NCBI GenBank assembly: GCA_937922745.1
Contig: CALAJO010000005.1
Coordinates: 1,991 to 65,990 of the forward strand
Direction of reading: 5' to 3'
Source: an uncultured cyanobacterium
Lineage (GTDB): Bacteria > Cyanobacteriota > Vampirovibrionia > Vampirovibrionales > JAGQHJ01
Length of the DNA stretch: 64,000 nt
Below the pieces are notes generated by a model. It was not told the DNA's origin. It searched no databases and saw only the letters and a program-made list of their open reading frames with translations. Below, in pieces: positions 10,210 through 19,910 of this stretch (its first letter is position 1; every line of letters starts with the position of its first letter). The position numbers were made by a program, and so were the translations under genes.

Positions 10210-11274
10210 TTAAACTCCTACTGAAATATACTGTTCCGAGTCCTGGTTAACGCGAGCGTAATCCTCGGGCTGGCCAATGTCAATCCACGCCTCGGAAATG
10301 GGGAACGTTCCCACTTGCTGGCCTGATGAAAGCAGCACTTCAATCAGATCCGTCATATCAAAATAACGATTATCGGGGATATATTGCAAGGCCATCGGGT
10401 CGATCAAATAGATCCCCGCATTGATATTAAAGTGCTGAACCGGTTTCTCCTCCAGTTGAACCAGCCTCTGCCCCTCGGTGTTGAGGACGCCGTAAGGCAC
10501 CTGGTACTGAAAATGCCGTGAGCCCAAGGTCAACACATTGTTGTTTGCATGATGCCATTCCAGCATATCGTGGAAATTAATCCGGGTGAGGATATCGCCG
10601 TTCATCACGAAAATAGGGCGATCCAGGGCCTGGTTATGGAGGAACTTGAGGGAGCCGCCGGTTCCCATCGGGTTTTCTTCCCGGATGACATTGATATTGA
10701 GGGATTTCGGTGCATCCGCAGTCAGGAAATTCTCAATCATCTCGGACTTGTAATGGGTCATCACCCAGATGTCCTCAAACCCCTGTGCTTCGATATGGTT
10801 AAGGATATGCCCCAATATCGGGCGTTCGTTAATGGGAAGCAGCGGTTTCGGCGTTGTCAGCGTCAGCGGCCAAAGGCGCTTGCCTGCCCCGCCAGCCATA
10901 ATAACAATAGGGCACTTATGGTTGTCCCGCGGCACGTAATCCCGAAGCAGCACCAGGTTGGTTACCCGGTTGTTCTCATCCACAACGGGCAAGGCTTCGT
11001 TTTTATGCTTGGTCATCACGTCACGCAACTCCGTGGCGGTCATCGTGTCCCGGCCAACAACGGGTTTACTGTTCATCAAGCCGGATACACCGGTTAAGAG
11101 CGATACCCCCTTCAGCAAGGCCGTCCGCACATCCCAATCCGTAATGATGCCCAGCAGCGTTTCATCCTTGTCCACGACAAGCGAAATCTTAAACCCGGTC
11201 TTATTCAGGTTTTCCAGGACATCGGCCAGGGAATGGGTGGTTTCCAGATAGGCTTTGCGGTAATCATTGCGCAT
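10210..11274 (-). CDS. CBS-domain sugar-phosphate nucleotidyltransferase (PtmE-like, e.g. GlcN-1-P guanylyltransferase)
   Basis: N-terminal CBS pair (IITDWDVRTALLKG) fused to an NTP-transferase domain (IVIMAGGAGKRLWPLT...KPLLP). This architecture matches the PtmE enzyme of GDP-dependent legionaminic acid pathways. Confidence 0.75.
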   Translation of the reverse strand: MRNDYRKAYLETTHSLADVLENLNKTGFKISLVVDKDETLLGIITDWDVRTALLKGVSLLTGVSGLMNSKPVVGRDTMTATELRDVMTKHKNEALPVVDENNRVTNLVLLRDYVPRDNHKCPIVIMAGGAGKRLWPLTLTTPKPLLPINERPILGHILNHIEAQGFEDIWVMTHYKSEMIENFLTADAPKSLNINVIREENPMGTGGSLKFLHNQALDRPIFVMNGDILTRINFHDMLEWHHANNNVLTLGSRHFQYQVPYGVLNTEGQRLVQLEEKPVQHFNINAGIYLIDPMALQYIPDNRYFDMTDLIEVLLSSGQQVGTFPISEAWIDIGQPEDYARVNQDSEQYISVGV

Positions 11275-11381
11275 GAATGGGGTAATGCCTCCTCTTTAAT
11301 CCATCGCATTATGTTCCAGAATGACAGAAGCAGTAGAGAGATCATAATACAAGGACTTGGTGCGTAAGACGAATTTTGCTT

Positions 11382-11411
11382 TTCAATGATTTTTTCTTTA
11401 CATTGTATAAT
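11382..11411 (+). promoter_or_regulatory. candidate sigma70 promoter (TTCAAT-18-TATAAT) for the plus-strand nonulosonate operon
   Basis: Perfect -10 TATAAT at 11406-11411 in the AT-rich divergent intergenic region, about 90 nt upstream of the ATG at 11501. Confidence 0.4.
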
Positions 11412-11500
11412 CATCTGGCCGGTTTTCCCAAAGTCGCCAGGATTCTTTGTTCAAGGCCTTTTTACCTTATCGTAAAAGCGTTAAACCAGGAAAGAAACGC

Positions 11501-12727
11501 ATGTCCCCTTCGCTGAAACTTATGGTCGTCACCACCTCCCGTGCGGACTACGGACTATTATCGCCGTTGCTTCAGCGGCTTGGGAAAGATCCCCATTTCG
11601 AGGTGCTACTGGTGGCAACCGGCACCCATTTATCTCCTCTGCACGGCTATACGCTCAAACAGATCCAGGAGGAGTGGGATGGGGAGCTTACAACCGTGGA
11701 TATGACGATGAGTAACGATTCCGAGCAGGCGCTTTGCAATGCGGTTTCCGTCGGGGTGCAAGGATTCTCGCGCGTGTTAATGGATGAGAAGCCCGACGCG
11801 GTTATCCTGCTTGGCGATCGCTATGAATTGTTCTCTATTGCGCCTGCCGCAGTCATCCACAAAATCCCCATCATCCATATCCACGGTGGTGAGGCCACGT
11901 TCGGAGCCATAGATGAAGCCATCCGCCACGCCGTAACCAAAATGGCCGCCATTCATTTCCCAACCATTCCCGCCTATGCCCGGCGGATTATCCAGATGGG
12001 CGAAAACCCGGCCCATGTTTTTGCGGTTGGCGCACTCGGCGTGGATAATATCCACCAGATTGAAACCTACTCCGTTGAGGCATTCAGCAAACTGACCGGC
12101 GTTCAATTCGTAACTGAAAAAGTTGCCTTGATGACGTATCACCCGGTGACGCTGGAAGGGTACAAAGAGGCCGCGCAACAGGCGAAAAACCTAATGGATG
12201 CGTTGCTGGATACCGATTTAACCGTGCTGGTGACCATGCCCAACGCCGATACGGGCGGTGTACAGGTTTATGAAACCATACAGGGCTATCTCAACCACTA
12301 TCCGCAAAAGTTCAGGCTGATGAAAAGCCTGGGGCAGAAAGGTTACCTGAGCGCCATGCGCTACGCCCGCCTGATGGTTGGCAATTCTTCGAGCGGCATT
12401 TTGGAAAGCGCATCGTTTCAGCTTCCGGTGGTGAACATCGGCGACCGGCAGGCGGGGCGCTTTGCGCCGGAGAACGTCATCCATTGCGGATACGATACGG
12501 CATCCATCAAGGCAGCCATTCAAGACGCTTGCTCCGATGCGTTTCGGGCCGCCATTGCAGGGCTTGTTAACCCCTATGGGGATGGCAAGGCAGCGGAGCG
12601 CATTGCTGAAACGCTTAAGACCATTGACTTTCGGGATAAGACCCTGCTGCTTAAGAAAGGGTTTTTCGATATGCCTGCCGAAGTCATTGACGGTGCGGTT
12701 GAGCCGTTGCATCTGGCCCATGCTTAA
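11501..12727 (+). CDS. hydrolysing nucleotide-sugar 2-epimerase (NeuC/LegG/PseG family)
   Basis: Epimerase_2 motifs TSRADYGLL...HIHGGE. Start placed at ATG 11501 with RBS GGAAAG; the track's TTG at 11447 is less likely. Confidence 0.8.
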   Translation: MSPSLKLMVVTTSRADYGLLSPLLQRLGKDPHFEVLLVATGTHLSPLHGYTLKQIQEEWDGELTTVDMTMSNDSEQALCNAVSVGVQGFSRVLMDEKPDAVILLGDRYELFSIAPAAVIHKIPIIHIHGGEATFGAIDEAIRHAVTKMAAIHFPTIPAYARRIIQMGENPAHVFAVGALGVDNIHQIETYSVEAFSKLTGVQFVTEKVALMTYHPVTLEGYKEAAQQAKNLMDALLDTDLTVLVTMPNADTGGVQVYETIQGYLNHYPQKFRLMKSLGQKGYLSAMRYARLMVGNSSSGILESASFQLPVVNIGDRQAGRFAPENVIHCGYDTASIKAAIQDACSDAFRAAIAGLVNPYGDGKAAERIAETLKTIDFRDKTLLLKKGFFDMPAEVIDGAVEPLHLAHA

Positions 12728-12784
12728 CTCCGACGAGGATTATATGGTGCTGGATTTGTCTCAACGGATTAAGGGAACGGGATA

Positions 12785-13567
12785 ATGCGCATACTCTACA
12801 TGGGGAAAAACAAGCCTGCTGTTATTGCCGGGTTGGAATACCTGGTTGAGCAGGGGCATGATGTGGTGGCCGTTGCGGCGCAGAAGAACAAAATGCCTGG
12901 CTCGCATTGCCTGGTGGAGACGGCCCATCGCTTTGGCATTCCTGTAACGAGCGATATTGCGTTATATCAAAACATCGCGGCGGGACAGTGCCCGCCGGAG
13001 TGCGGCTATCACCTTCAGGACATCGATCTGGTGATCTCCTACCTGTTTTGGAAGAAGATCAGAAAGCCGCTGATTGAGCTGCCGAAACTGGGATGCATCA
13101 ACTTCCACCCTGCACCGCTGCCGGATTACAAGGGGCTTGGCGGATACAACTTCGCGATTTACGAAGGCGCACAACAGTGGGGTGTTTCCGCCCACTTTGT
13201 GAACGAGGATTTTGACGCGGGCGATCTCATCAAAGTGATGCGCTTTGATATCAACCCCAACCGCGAAACGGCCTACTCCTTGGAGCAGAAGAGCCAGAGC
13301 GTCATGTTTGAGCTTTTTCAATATGTGATGGATCTGATAGCTTCCGGCCAACCCTTGCCGAGAATCCCCCAGCTGCAAGGCGGAAAATATATTACCCGCG
13401 CCGATTTTGAAGCCCTGCGCAAGGTGTCCGAGACCGACACGGTTGAGGAAATCAAGCGAAAAGTTCGCGCCTTCTGGTATCCGCCGTATGAAGGGGCGTA
13501 TGTTGATATTAATGGGGAGAGTTTTACGCTCGTATCCAGGGAATTGCTGCAAGATCTGCGCCCGTGA
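12785..13567 (+). CDS. formyltransferase-family protein (sugar N-formyltransferase-like, Fmt N-terminal domain only)
   Basis: About 260 aa with formyl_trans_N core HPAPLPDYKGLGG...SAHFVNEDFDAGDLI (His/Asp catalytic motif) and no tRNA-binding C-terminal domain. Size and motifs resemble sugar N-formyltransferases. Confidence 0.7.
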   Translation: MRILYMGKNKPAVIAGLEYLVEQGHDVVAVAAQKNKMPGSHCLVETAHRFGIPVTSDIALYQNIAAGQCPPECGYHLQDIDLVISYLFWKKIRKPLIELPKLGCINFHPAPLPDYKGLGGYNFAIYEGAQQWGVSAHFVNEDFDAGDLIKVMRFDINPNRETAYSLEQKSQSVMFELFQYVMDLIASGQPLPRIPQLQGGKYITRADFEALRKVSETDTVEEIKRKVRAFWYPPYEGAYVDINGESFTLVSRELLQDLRP

Positions 13568-13645
13568 CCCTGAGGTGCGCTTCTTGTCGGCAGGATGGGA
13601 CTATGCTAACCTCGGTGTAAAGCCTTCCCAAGGAGAGAGACAGAG

Positions 13646-14644
13646 ATGACGAATGCACTGCTGGTCGCACTGGGCGTAATGGGAAAGCGCTATCAAAAAG
13701 CGCTGGAGACAGTCTTTGGCGAAGACTTGAACCTGTACACGGTGGATCCCAAATTCCCAACCAACCATGGAAGCCGACATTATGCCGATATTGCGGAAGT
13801 ACCGGACAACATCGCGTTTGACATCGCCGTGGATGCGCGCCCAAATTTGGGCCGGATGGGCGTTTTCAAGCATTTCCTGGTTCGCAACATCCCCCGCATT
13901 GTGATTGAAAAGCCCTCAGCTTCCTCAATGGAGGAGTCGCGCGCCATGCTGGCCTTATACCAGCAGGCTGTCAACAAGCCCACCATCCTGGTTCCGTTTT
14001 ACCGTCGCTTTACCAGCGCGTTCGCCCCGCAAACCCTCTCAAAACTGGATGCCGGCCAGCTGAAATCTGTTGTCATTTCCGCCGGCGCGGTCGGGTTGGG
14101 CTGTGTAGGCATCCATTACGTCGATCTGGCCAATTACTTGTTTGGTGCGACGCCAACCGATGTTTACGCCCAGCTGGAGTTGGGGACGATTCCCAGCCCG
14201 CGCGGGGAGCAGTTTAAGGATGACGCCGGGACGCTGATCGTCAACTATCCCAATGGGCGCTTTGTGCTGAATCTGCTTTCAGACTCCACGGCCGGGGCGA
14301 ACATTACATTGCTCTACGAGCGCGGGAAGATTCAGTTCCTGGATCAGCGGGGCTACCAATGGCTCTGGTTTCGACAGCCCAGGGAAAACTGGCAGGAGCC
14401 GTACTACAAAACCCACCAGGAAGTGATGATCGATCCGCCGGAACCTTATGGGTTTAACCTGGAAGAGATGATGGCAAAAGGGATTCGCGCGCTCTGCGAT
14501 GATAAGGTTTCTATCCCAACGCTGGAAGACGGGCATCATGCGCTTCAGGTGCTGGCGCTGGCCATGAAGTCCTCGCAGGAAGGCAGGACTATTGCCTGGA
14601 CGGATCAATCCGCCATAGAAGCCGTTTCGTTCCACTTTACCTAG
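13646..14644 (+). CDS. Gfo/Idh/MocA-family oxidoreductase
   Basis: Rossmann N-terminus and an EKP motif (IVIEKPSAS), followed by a C-terminal alpha/beta dimerisation domain. Confidence 0.6.
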   Translation: MTNALLVALGVMGKRYQKALETVFGEDLNLYTVDPKFPTNHGSRHYADIAEVPDNIAFDIAVDARPNLGRMGVFKHFLVRNIPRIVIEKPSASSMEESRAMLALYQQAVNKPTILVPFYRRFTSAFAPQTLSKLDAGQLKSVVISAGAVGLGCVGIHYVDLANYLFGATPTDVYAQLELGTIPSPRGEQFKDDAGTLIVNYPNGRFVLNLLSDSTAGANITLLYERGKIQFLDQRGYQWLWFRQPRENWQEPYYKTHQEVMIDPPEPYGFNLEEMMAKGIRALCDDKVSIPTLEDGHHALQVLALAMKSSQEGRTIAWTDQSAIEAVSFHFT

Positions 14645-14655
14645 GAGGTTAGCCC

Positions 14656-15588
14656 TTGCGGATTGCATTTATCGGGGCCGGAAATATTGCGCCGTTTCAC
14701 CTACAAGCCATCCGCCTGCTGGGGGCGGAGGTCGTCGGGGTCTGCACGCGAAGCGATCGGGGCCGGGTTTTTGCCGAGGAAAACCGGATTCCGCATTTCT
14801 CCCCGGATGCCAGGACGCTGGTTAAGGAAAGTCAGGCACAGGCCGTAATGCTGCTGGCGCAGCCATCCGCGTACCCGCAGATCCTGTCGGACTTGAAGCC
14901 GCTGAACCTCCCGACGTTCCTTGAAAAGCCGTTGAGCTATACCGTTCAGCAGGCCGAGGCGTTGCGTCCCCTGCTGCCCGATGTCGTTTTTGTGGGCCTA
15001 AACCGTCGTTTTTACGGCAACATCCAGCAGATTATGCCACTGCTGCAAGCCTCGCCCTCATTCTCTGCCGAGCTGGTAATGCCGGAGCGCCTGAAGGATT
15101 TTGAACACCGGGATGAATTGACCCGCCACTTCTGGCCCATGATGAACAGCATCCACGGGATTGATTTGATGACGTTTCTGGCAGGCGCACCAACCGAGCT
15201 GCTTCATCTGCATCGGTGGAACTACCTGGAACCAATCGACGAAATGCAGTACCGGACGGCTGTTTACCAGACCGAACACAACCATACCGTCACATTTCTG
15301 AGCAATTTGGACTCCCCCGGCGGATGGCGCATGCATTTCTTCCTGGCGAAGCAGGAAGTGATAGTGTCCCCGCTTGAGAAAACAATTATCAGATCCTTAT
15401 CCGGCGTGGAGGAAGTGCCTGTAACCAAGGCTGATCGGCTGGCAAAGCCCGGTTTTCTGCACCAGATGCAAACCTTTCTGGAAGGGGCGGCCAATCCGAA
15501 GCATTTTCCGGCAGAATGGGTTTCGTTCGATGCGGCGTTACAGTCCATGCGCGCGGTAGAACTGCTTTTCCCAAAATCGGCTTCATGA
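14656..15588 (+). CDS. Gfo/Idh/MocA-family oxidoreductase
   Basis: IAFIGAGNIA Rossmann motif and LEKPL. TTG start preceded by AGGAGG. Confidence 0.7.
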   Translation: MRIAFIGAGNIAPFHLQAIRLLGAEVVGVCTRSDRGRVFAEENRIPHFSPDARTLVKESQAQAVMLLAQPSAYPQILSDLKPLNLPTFLEKPLSYTVQQAEALRPLLPDVVFVGLNRRFYGNIQQIMPLLQASPSFSAELVMPERLKDFEHRDELTRHFWPMMNSIHGIDLMTFLAGAPTELLHLHRWNYLEPIDEMQYRTAVYQTEHNHTVTFLSNLDSPGGWRMHFFLAKQEVIVSPLEKTIIRSLSGVEEVPVTKADRLAKPGFLHQMQTFLEGAANPKHFPAEWVSFDAALQSMRAVELLFPKSAS

Positions 15589-15717
15589 TTTATTTTTCAT
15601 TAAACAGTCCCATATGTTGAAGCCGTTTTCAAAAGATGGCTTTATAATGTTTGGGAGAGATTTGGAAGTTTTTTCCAGCTTGCTTCATTTGGGCTGAAAC
15701 TGAGACGCTAGGAAGAG

Positions 15718-17973
15718 ATGAATATCTACGGAACCAATGGACGGGACACCATTAGAGCCGGCAACGGCCACGATGTGATTTTTGGCTACGCCGGAGACGA
15801 CACGATTTACGGCCAAGGCGGCAACGACTGGATTCACGTGACGTTTTTGCCGGGCAACGATTACATCCATGGCGGCGCAGGCTTTGATACGGTCGAGATT
15901 TCAAACCGCTATTGGACACAGTACCGGAACCGCTTCGAGATTTACAACACGGAATTTAACCTGCATACCGGAAGGGCCACATTTGACACGTTTACCATTC
16001 GTACCTTCAGCATCGAGCAGGTTGTTGGCACGGGCAACCCTGATTTGCAGGACGTCATTTCAGCCGCGGGGGCAACCCGCAGCGTCACGATTAACCTGCT
16101 GAACGGCCGCATTGTTGGCGCGGCATCCGGCCTAAAGATGGTTAGCCGTTTTGAGGCGGCAACTGGCGGGCTTGGCCGGGATACCCTGATAGGCGATCAT
16201 CTGCAAAATGAGCTGAACGGCGGGGCCAATGCCGACACCATGAACGGCCAGGGCGGCTACGATCTATTCTGGGTGGATAATCTCGGCGATCGGGTCGTAG
16301 ATACTGCAAGCCGTACGATTGATACGGTGATTGCCAGCGTTGATTACACATTGCCAATCTACCTGGAAAACCTGATTCTCCTGGAGTTCTTCCCTGTTAC
16401 GACCGCCACGGGAAATGCCCACCATAACTTCCTGCTGGGCAATGCTTCCGCAACCCTGATGAGTGGGTTGGCTGGGCATGATGTCATCTGGGGACAGGAC
16501 GGCAATGATACATTGCTCGGCGGTCTCGGAAACGATTTCCTTTCCGGCGGGGCAGGCGATGATACCTTTGTCTATATCGCATCGGGCGGCCATGAATTCA
16601 TCCTGGATAGCCAGGGCCAGGATATCCTTGACATGAGCGTCTTTCTGCTGGCTGACATTGCGAGTTGGGTTGCGTTGGATGGCCCCGATGCGGATACGTG
16701 GATCGACCAACTGGCGGTTTATATCAATACCGGCAGCACGATAACCATGGCGCAGTTCTTTGACAACAGCACAGCCGATATCAACCTGCTCTCTGCCGGA
16801 ACGGGGCAGGTTGAATCGATACGGCTGGGCGATGTGACGCTGCAATTCACGGATATATTGCCTTTGATCACCGCCGATCCTGGTTTGCAAAGCACGCTTC
16901 TCGCCTTGCAAACTAACGTGGACTGGATGAATCAAGGATTTAACCACTTGGGCATCATTCCCACAACCTTTCTCGACCAAGGTGATAATTTCCTCATCGG
17001 GACGCCGCAGGAAGATATTATTGATGGCCTGGCCGGTAATGATACTATTCGCAGTGGCGTTGGCGCGGACACGATTTATGGGAACGAGGGCAACGATGTC
17101 CTGCTGGGCGGCAACCACTACGACCAGATTTATGGCGGGCCGGGGAACGATACCATTAAAGGAGGCCCGGGCACCGACTTGCTACTGGGTGGATCCGGCG
17201 ACGACACGTATTCCATTATTTCCACCACCGATATGGTTGTGGAGGACGCCAATAACGGGAATGATACGGTGGTAAGTACGGTATCGTACAGGCTGACTCC
17301 CAATGTCGAAGCCCTGATCCTGAGCCAGTCGGCCGGATCAATTCACGGAACGGGGAATGAACTCCACAACGCCATTCGCGGCAACGCCGGGGCGAATCGT
17401 CTTTATGGCTTGGGCGGCAACGATACCATGTGGGGCGGGGGCAGTAATGATACGCTGTATGGCGGAACCGGGCACGATCTGCTTAATGGCGATTCGCGGA
17501 ATGATATGCTTTTTGGCGATGACGGCAACGATACCCTTTGGGGCGGAACCGGCAACGACACCTTGACCGGCGGCCAAGGTGACGACGTTTTATACGGCGA
17601 GTCGGACAGGGATGTCTTAATATCCGATTGGGGGAATGACACTTTGATGGGGGGCATTTCGGATGACACCTATCGTATTCTGTCCGCCACCAGCGAGCAG
17701 CGCGTAATCCAAGATACGGCAGGTTTGCTGGATGTGTTGGATCTGCGGACAATAGCAGCCAGCGGCAACGTCACCTTCCAGGCGGTGGATGGCAGCGATG
17801 CAGACACAGACTTGGATGCGTTACGAATCGTATTTGGCTCCGGCGCGGAACTTCGCATAAACCAGTATTTCGCCAACGCTCCGACACTCTCGCCGGGGAA
17901 TGGGCTGATTGAAAGAATTATGCTGGCGGATACGACCTTTGATTATAATATGGTCGTAAACGCCCTGATTTAA
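15718..17973 (+). CDS. RTX-type calcium-binding repeat protein (hemolysin-type Ca-binding repeats), likely a secreted or surface protein
   Basis: Many GGxGxDxL/I/F nonapeptide repeats (GNGHDVIFGYAGDDTIYGQGGND, GGLGNDFLSGGAGDDTF and others). No N-terminal signal peptide, consistent with a T1SS-type substrate. Confidence 0.8.
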   Translation: MNIYGTNGRDTIRAGNGHDVIFGYAGDDTIYGQGGNDWIHVTFLPGNDYIHGGAGFDTVEISNRYWTQYRNRFEIYNTEFNLHTGRATFDTFTIRTFSIEQVVGTGNPDLQDVISAAGATRSVTINLLNGRIVGAASGLKMVSRFEAATGGLGRDTLIGDHLQNELNGGANADTMNGQGGYDLFWVDNLGDRVVDTASRTIDTVIASVDYTLPIYLENLILLEFFPVTTATGNAHHNFLLGNASATLMSGLAGHDVIWGQDGNDTLLGGLGNDFLSGGAGDDTFVYIASGGHEFILDSQGQDILDMSVFLLADIASWVALDGPDADTWIDQLAVYINTGSTITMAQFFDNSTADINLLSAGTGQVESIRLGDVTLQFTDILPLITADPGLQSTLLALQTNVDWMNQGFNHLGIIPTTFLDQGDNFLIGTPQEDIIDGLAGNDTIRSGVGADTIYGNEGNDVLLGGNHYDQIYGGPGNDTIKGGPGTDLLLGGSGDDTYSIISTTDMVVEDANNGNDTVVSTVSYRLTPNVEALILSQSAGSIHGTGNELHNAIRGNAGANRLYGLGGNDTMWGGGSNDTLYGGTGHDLLNGDSRNDMLFGDDGNDTLWGGTGNDTLTGGQGDDVLYGESDRDVLISDWGNDTLMGGISDDTYRILSATSEQRVIQDTAGLLDVLDLRTIAASGNVTFQAVDGSDADTDLDALRIVFGSGAELRINQYFANAPTLSPGNGLIERIMLADTTFDYNMVVNALI

Positions 17974-18009
17974 AAGCCGGGGTAGAAGACAGGACGAAAG
18001 CCCCTTAAA

Positions 18010-19851
18010 TTGATTTCCTTCCTGAGCAAGCGCCTTTTTTCGAGAAACGTGGTTTTAACGCCAGCGTTTTCATACTATACCTTGCAGTACTTGCATGATC
18101 GGGCAAAACAACCCCATGGACTGTTTTGCTCCAGCCATATTGAATGCTACGCGTTAACGCCGAGCCAAAAGCAGCTTGAGAAGAAACTGCCTCCCAATGT
18201 TGCAATGGTTGTGCTGCCACCCGTTGAGAGCGATGCGGACGATATTTACCTGCATGCTTACCAGACCACAGACAGCCTGGTTCAGCAGATTGGGGACGCG
18301 TTTCCCGGTTTCTTTCATTTTCGGGGTGCAAGGATTGATTTGGAGAAGGCGTATCGGTTTAATGTTCAGCATTTGCTCTGCCGGTCCGAATTCTGTTTCT
18401 ACCGCAGCCTGCCGGATATCAAGGACAGTAATGCGCCCATTTTTGTGGATATTTTACTAAACCGGACAATGCTGGATGCGTTTCTCAAATCGAGCAAACG
18501 AAGCCAATATCGCCAATACCGCCTTGAGTCCTCGCTAATGGCCGAAACTTTGAGTGAACGGTTTGCGCAACTGGCCGCCAATCGGGTGGCGCCGCCGGGG
18601 CAGGACACGATTTCGCAGGGCGGCGTTTTTGCTTTTGTGGGCAGCAAACGGGGCTTGGACAGCTTTATCGATGCCTTGCAGATTCTGGCGAAGCGCCAAC
18701 CGGTTTGCCTCTACTTCTATAATGGCAAGTTCGATCTACCAAAGTCTATCATCGAAAGCCTTTCCGAGATTTCACCGGTCGTGATACTGGACAACCAGTC
18801 TTATTCCAGCCCCGCTTTGGCAAAGGCCCTTGCAGCGGATATCAGGGAGAGGCAGCATGCCCTGGCCAGCCTGGCCTCGGCAGAAGACCGGGCCTTTCTC
18901 TGCAACCAGTTCCAGAAGCTCTTTCCTATCCTGGATAAACTCCTAACGTGTGACGCGCTGTTTCAAGCCACCCGCCCGGCAATTGTCCTGGGCGCCCTAG
19001 AGTCCAATATTTATAGTGTGCTTTGCTCTCAACTGCGTGAGGTTTATGGATTTCGGCTCCTCAATTTCCAGCACGGAATGAAGCCTCCCACCCGAACGCT
19101 TCATCTGGCAAGGTTTAACGCATATTTCGTATGGAACGAACTGACACGGAACGTGCTGGAGGCCGATCAGTACCCAAACTTGGAAGGGGTTTATATCATA
19201 GGCAACCCCGATGCGGACAAGCTCCGAACGATTGTGGCCCAAGTCGATACGGGACATTACCGGCAACTGCTGGGATGGAAGGGAAATAGCCAGCTGATTG
19301 TTGCATACACCCAGCCCAACAAAGGCTTGATGACGGCCGCAATCAAGCGGGACTTTATCGCGGCCCTGCTGAAATACTGCCTGGACGTGAATCCCCATTG
19401 CAAGCTGCTGGTGGCCATGCACCCAGCCGAAACACAGGCGGATATTCCGCCTGATTTGCAAGCGTCGATTCAACAGCTTGGCACTCGATGCCATGTCACG
19501 CTCCCGGGAGGACTGAGCCTGCCTGAAAGCCTGAAGTTGGCGGACTTGGCCGTCTCGGTTTATTCCACCACGCTGATGGAAGCCTTGTATATCGGCAAGC
19601 CGGCCCTTGCCCTGGATTTCAGCCACACCATCCGGCGCCAGGAACTGGGTTACGATCAGGTTTTGCCCGTGGTTACAATGCCAGAAGCGGTTGTCGAAGC
19701 ATTGGACGCCCAATTGAGCCAGCCTGGGGCAGAAACAAACCAAACAATGGACAAAGCATTGAGGGGCAATTTTTTTATTCCCCATTTTGAAAAACCTTAC
19801 CAACAAAGGCTTTCGGATGTGCTGGACACGCTGGTTCCTTGCACGCTTTAA
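18010..19851 (+). CDS. large GT-B-like putative glycosyl/phosphotransferase (TagF/capsule-biosynthesis-like C-terminal domain)
   Basis: C-terminal region with IIGNPDADKL (GxPxxD-like), an HG motif and SVYSTTLMEALYIGKPAL resembles CDP-glycerol glycerophosphotransferase/KpsC-like GT-B enzymes. Paralogous to the next gene. Start codon uncertain (TTG). Confidence 0.5.
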   Translation: MISFLSKRLFSRNVVLTPAFSYYTLQYLHDRAKQPHGLFCSSHIECYALTPSQKQLEKKLPPNVAMVVLPPVESDADDIYLHAYQTTDSLVQQIGDAFPGFFHFRGARIDLEKAYRFNVQHLLCRSEFCFYRSLPDIKDSNAPIFVDILLNRTMLDAFLKSSKRSQYRQYRLESSLMAETLSERFAQLAANRVAPPGQDTISQGGVFAFVGSKRGLDSFIDALQILAKRQPVCLYFYNGKFDLPKSIIESLSEISPVVILDNQSYSSPALAKALAADIRERQHALASLASAEDRAFLCNQFQKLFPILDKLLTCDALFQATRPAIVLGALESNIYSVLCSQLREVYGFRLLNFQHGMKPPTRTLHLARFNAYFVWNELTRNVLEADQYPNLEGVYIIGNPDADKLRTIVAQVDTGHYRQLLGWKGNSQLIVAYTQPNKGLMTAAIKRDFIAALLKYCLDVNPHCKLLVAMHPAETQADIPPDLQASIQQLGTRCHVTLPGGLSLPESLKLADLAVSVYSTTLMEALYIGKPALALDFSHTIRRQELGYDQVLPVVTMPEAVVEALDAQLSQPGAETNQTMDKALRGNFFIPHFEKPYQQRLSDVLDTLVPCTL

Positions 19852-19910
19852 AAATTCACATTAAAATACCAAGCACATCACGCTTGCATAACCCTTGATG
19901 ATTTTACCTG

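Noticed and set aside
15617-15648. Possible promoter TTGAAG-20-TATAAT upstream of the RTX gene
   Set aside because: The -10 is perfect but the spacer is 20 nt, too long for a confident sigma70 call. Noted only as a weak candidate.
16264-17118. 284-aa minus-strand ORF (and several shorter ones) inside the RTX gene
   Set aside because: The repetitive Gly/Asp codons keep alternative frames open. The forward frame has unmistakable RTX nonapeptides.
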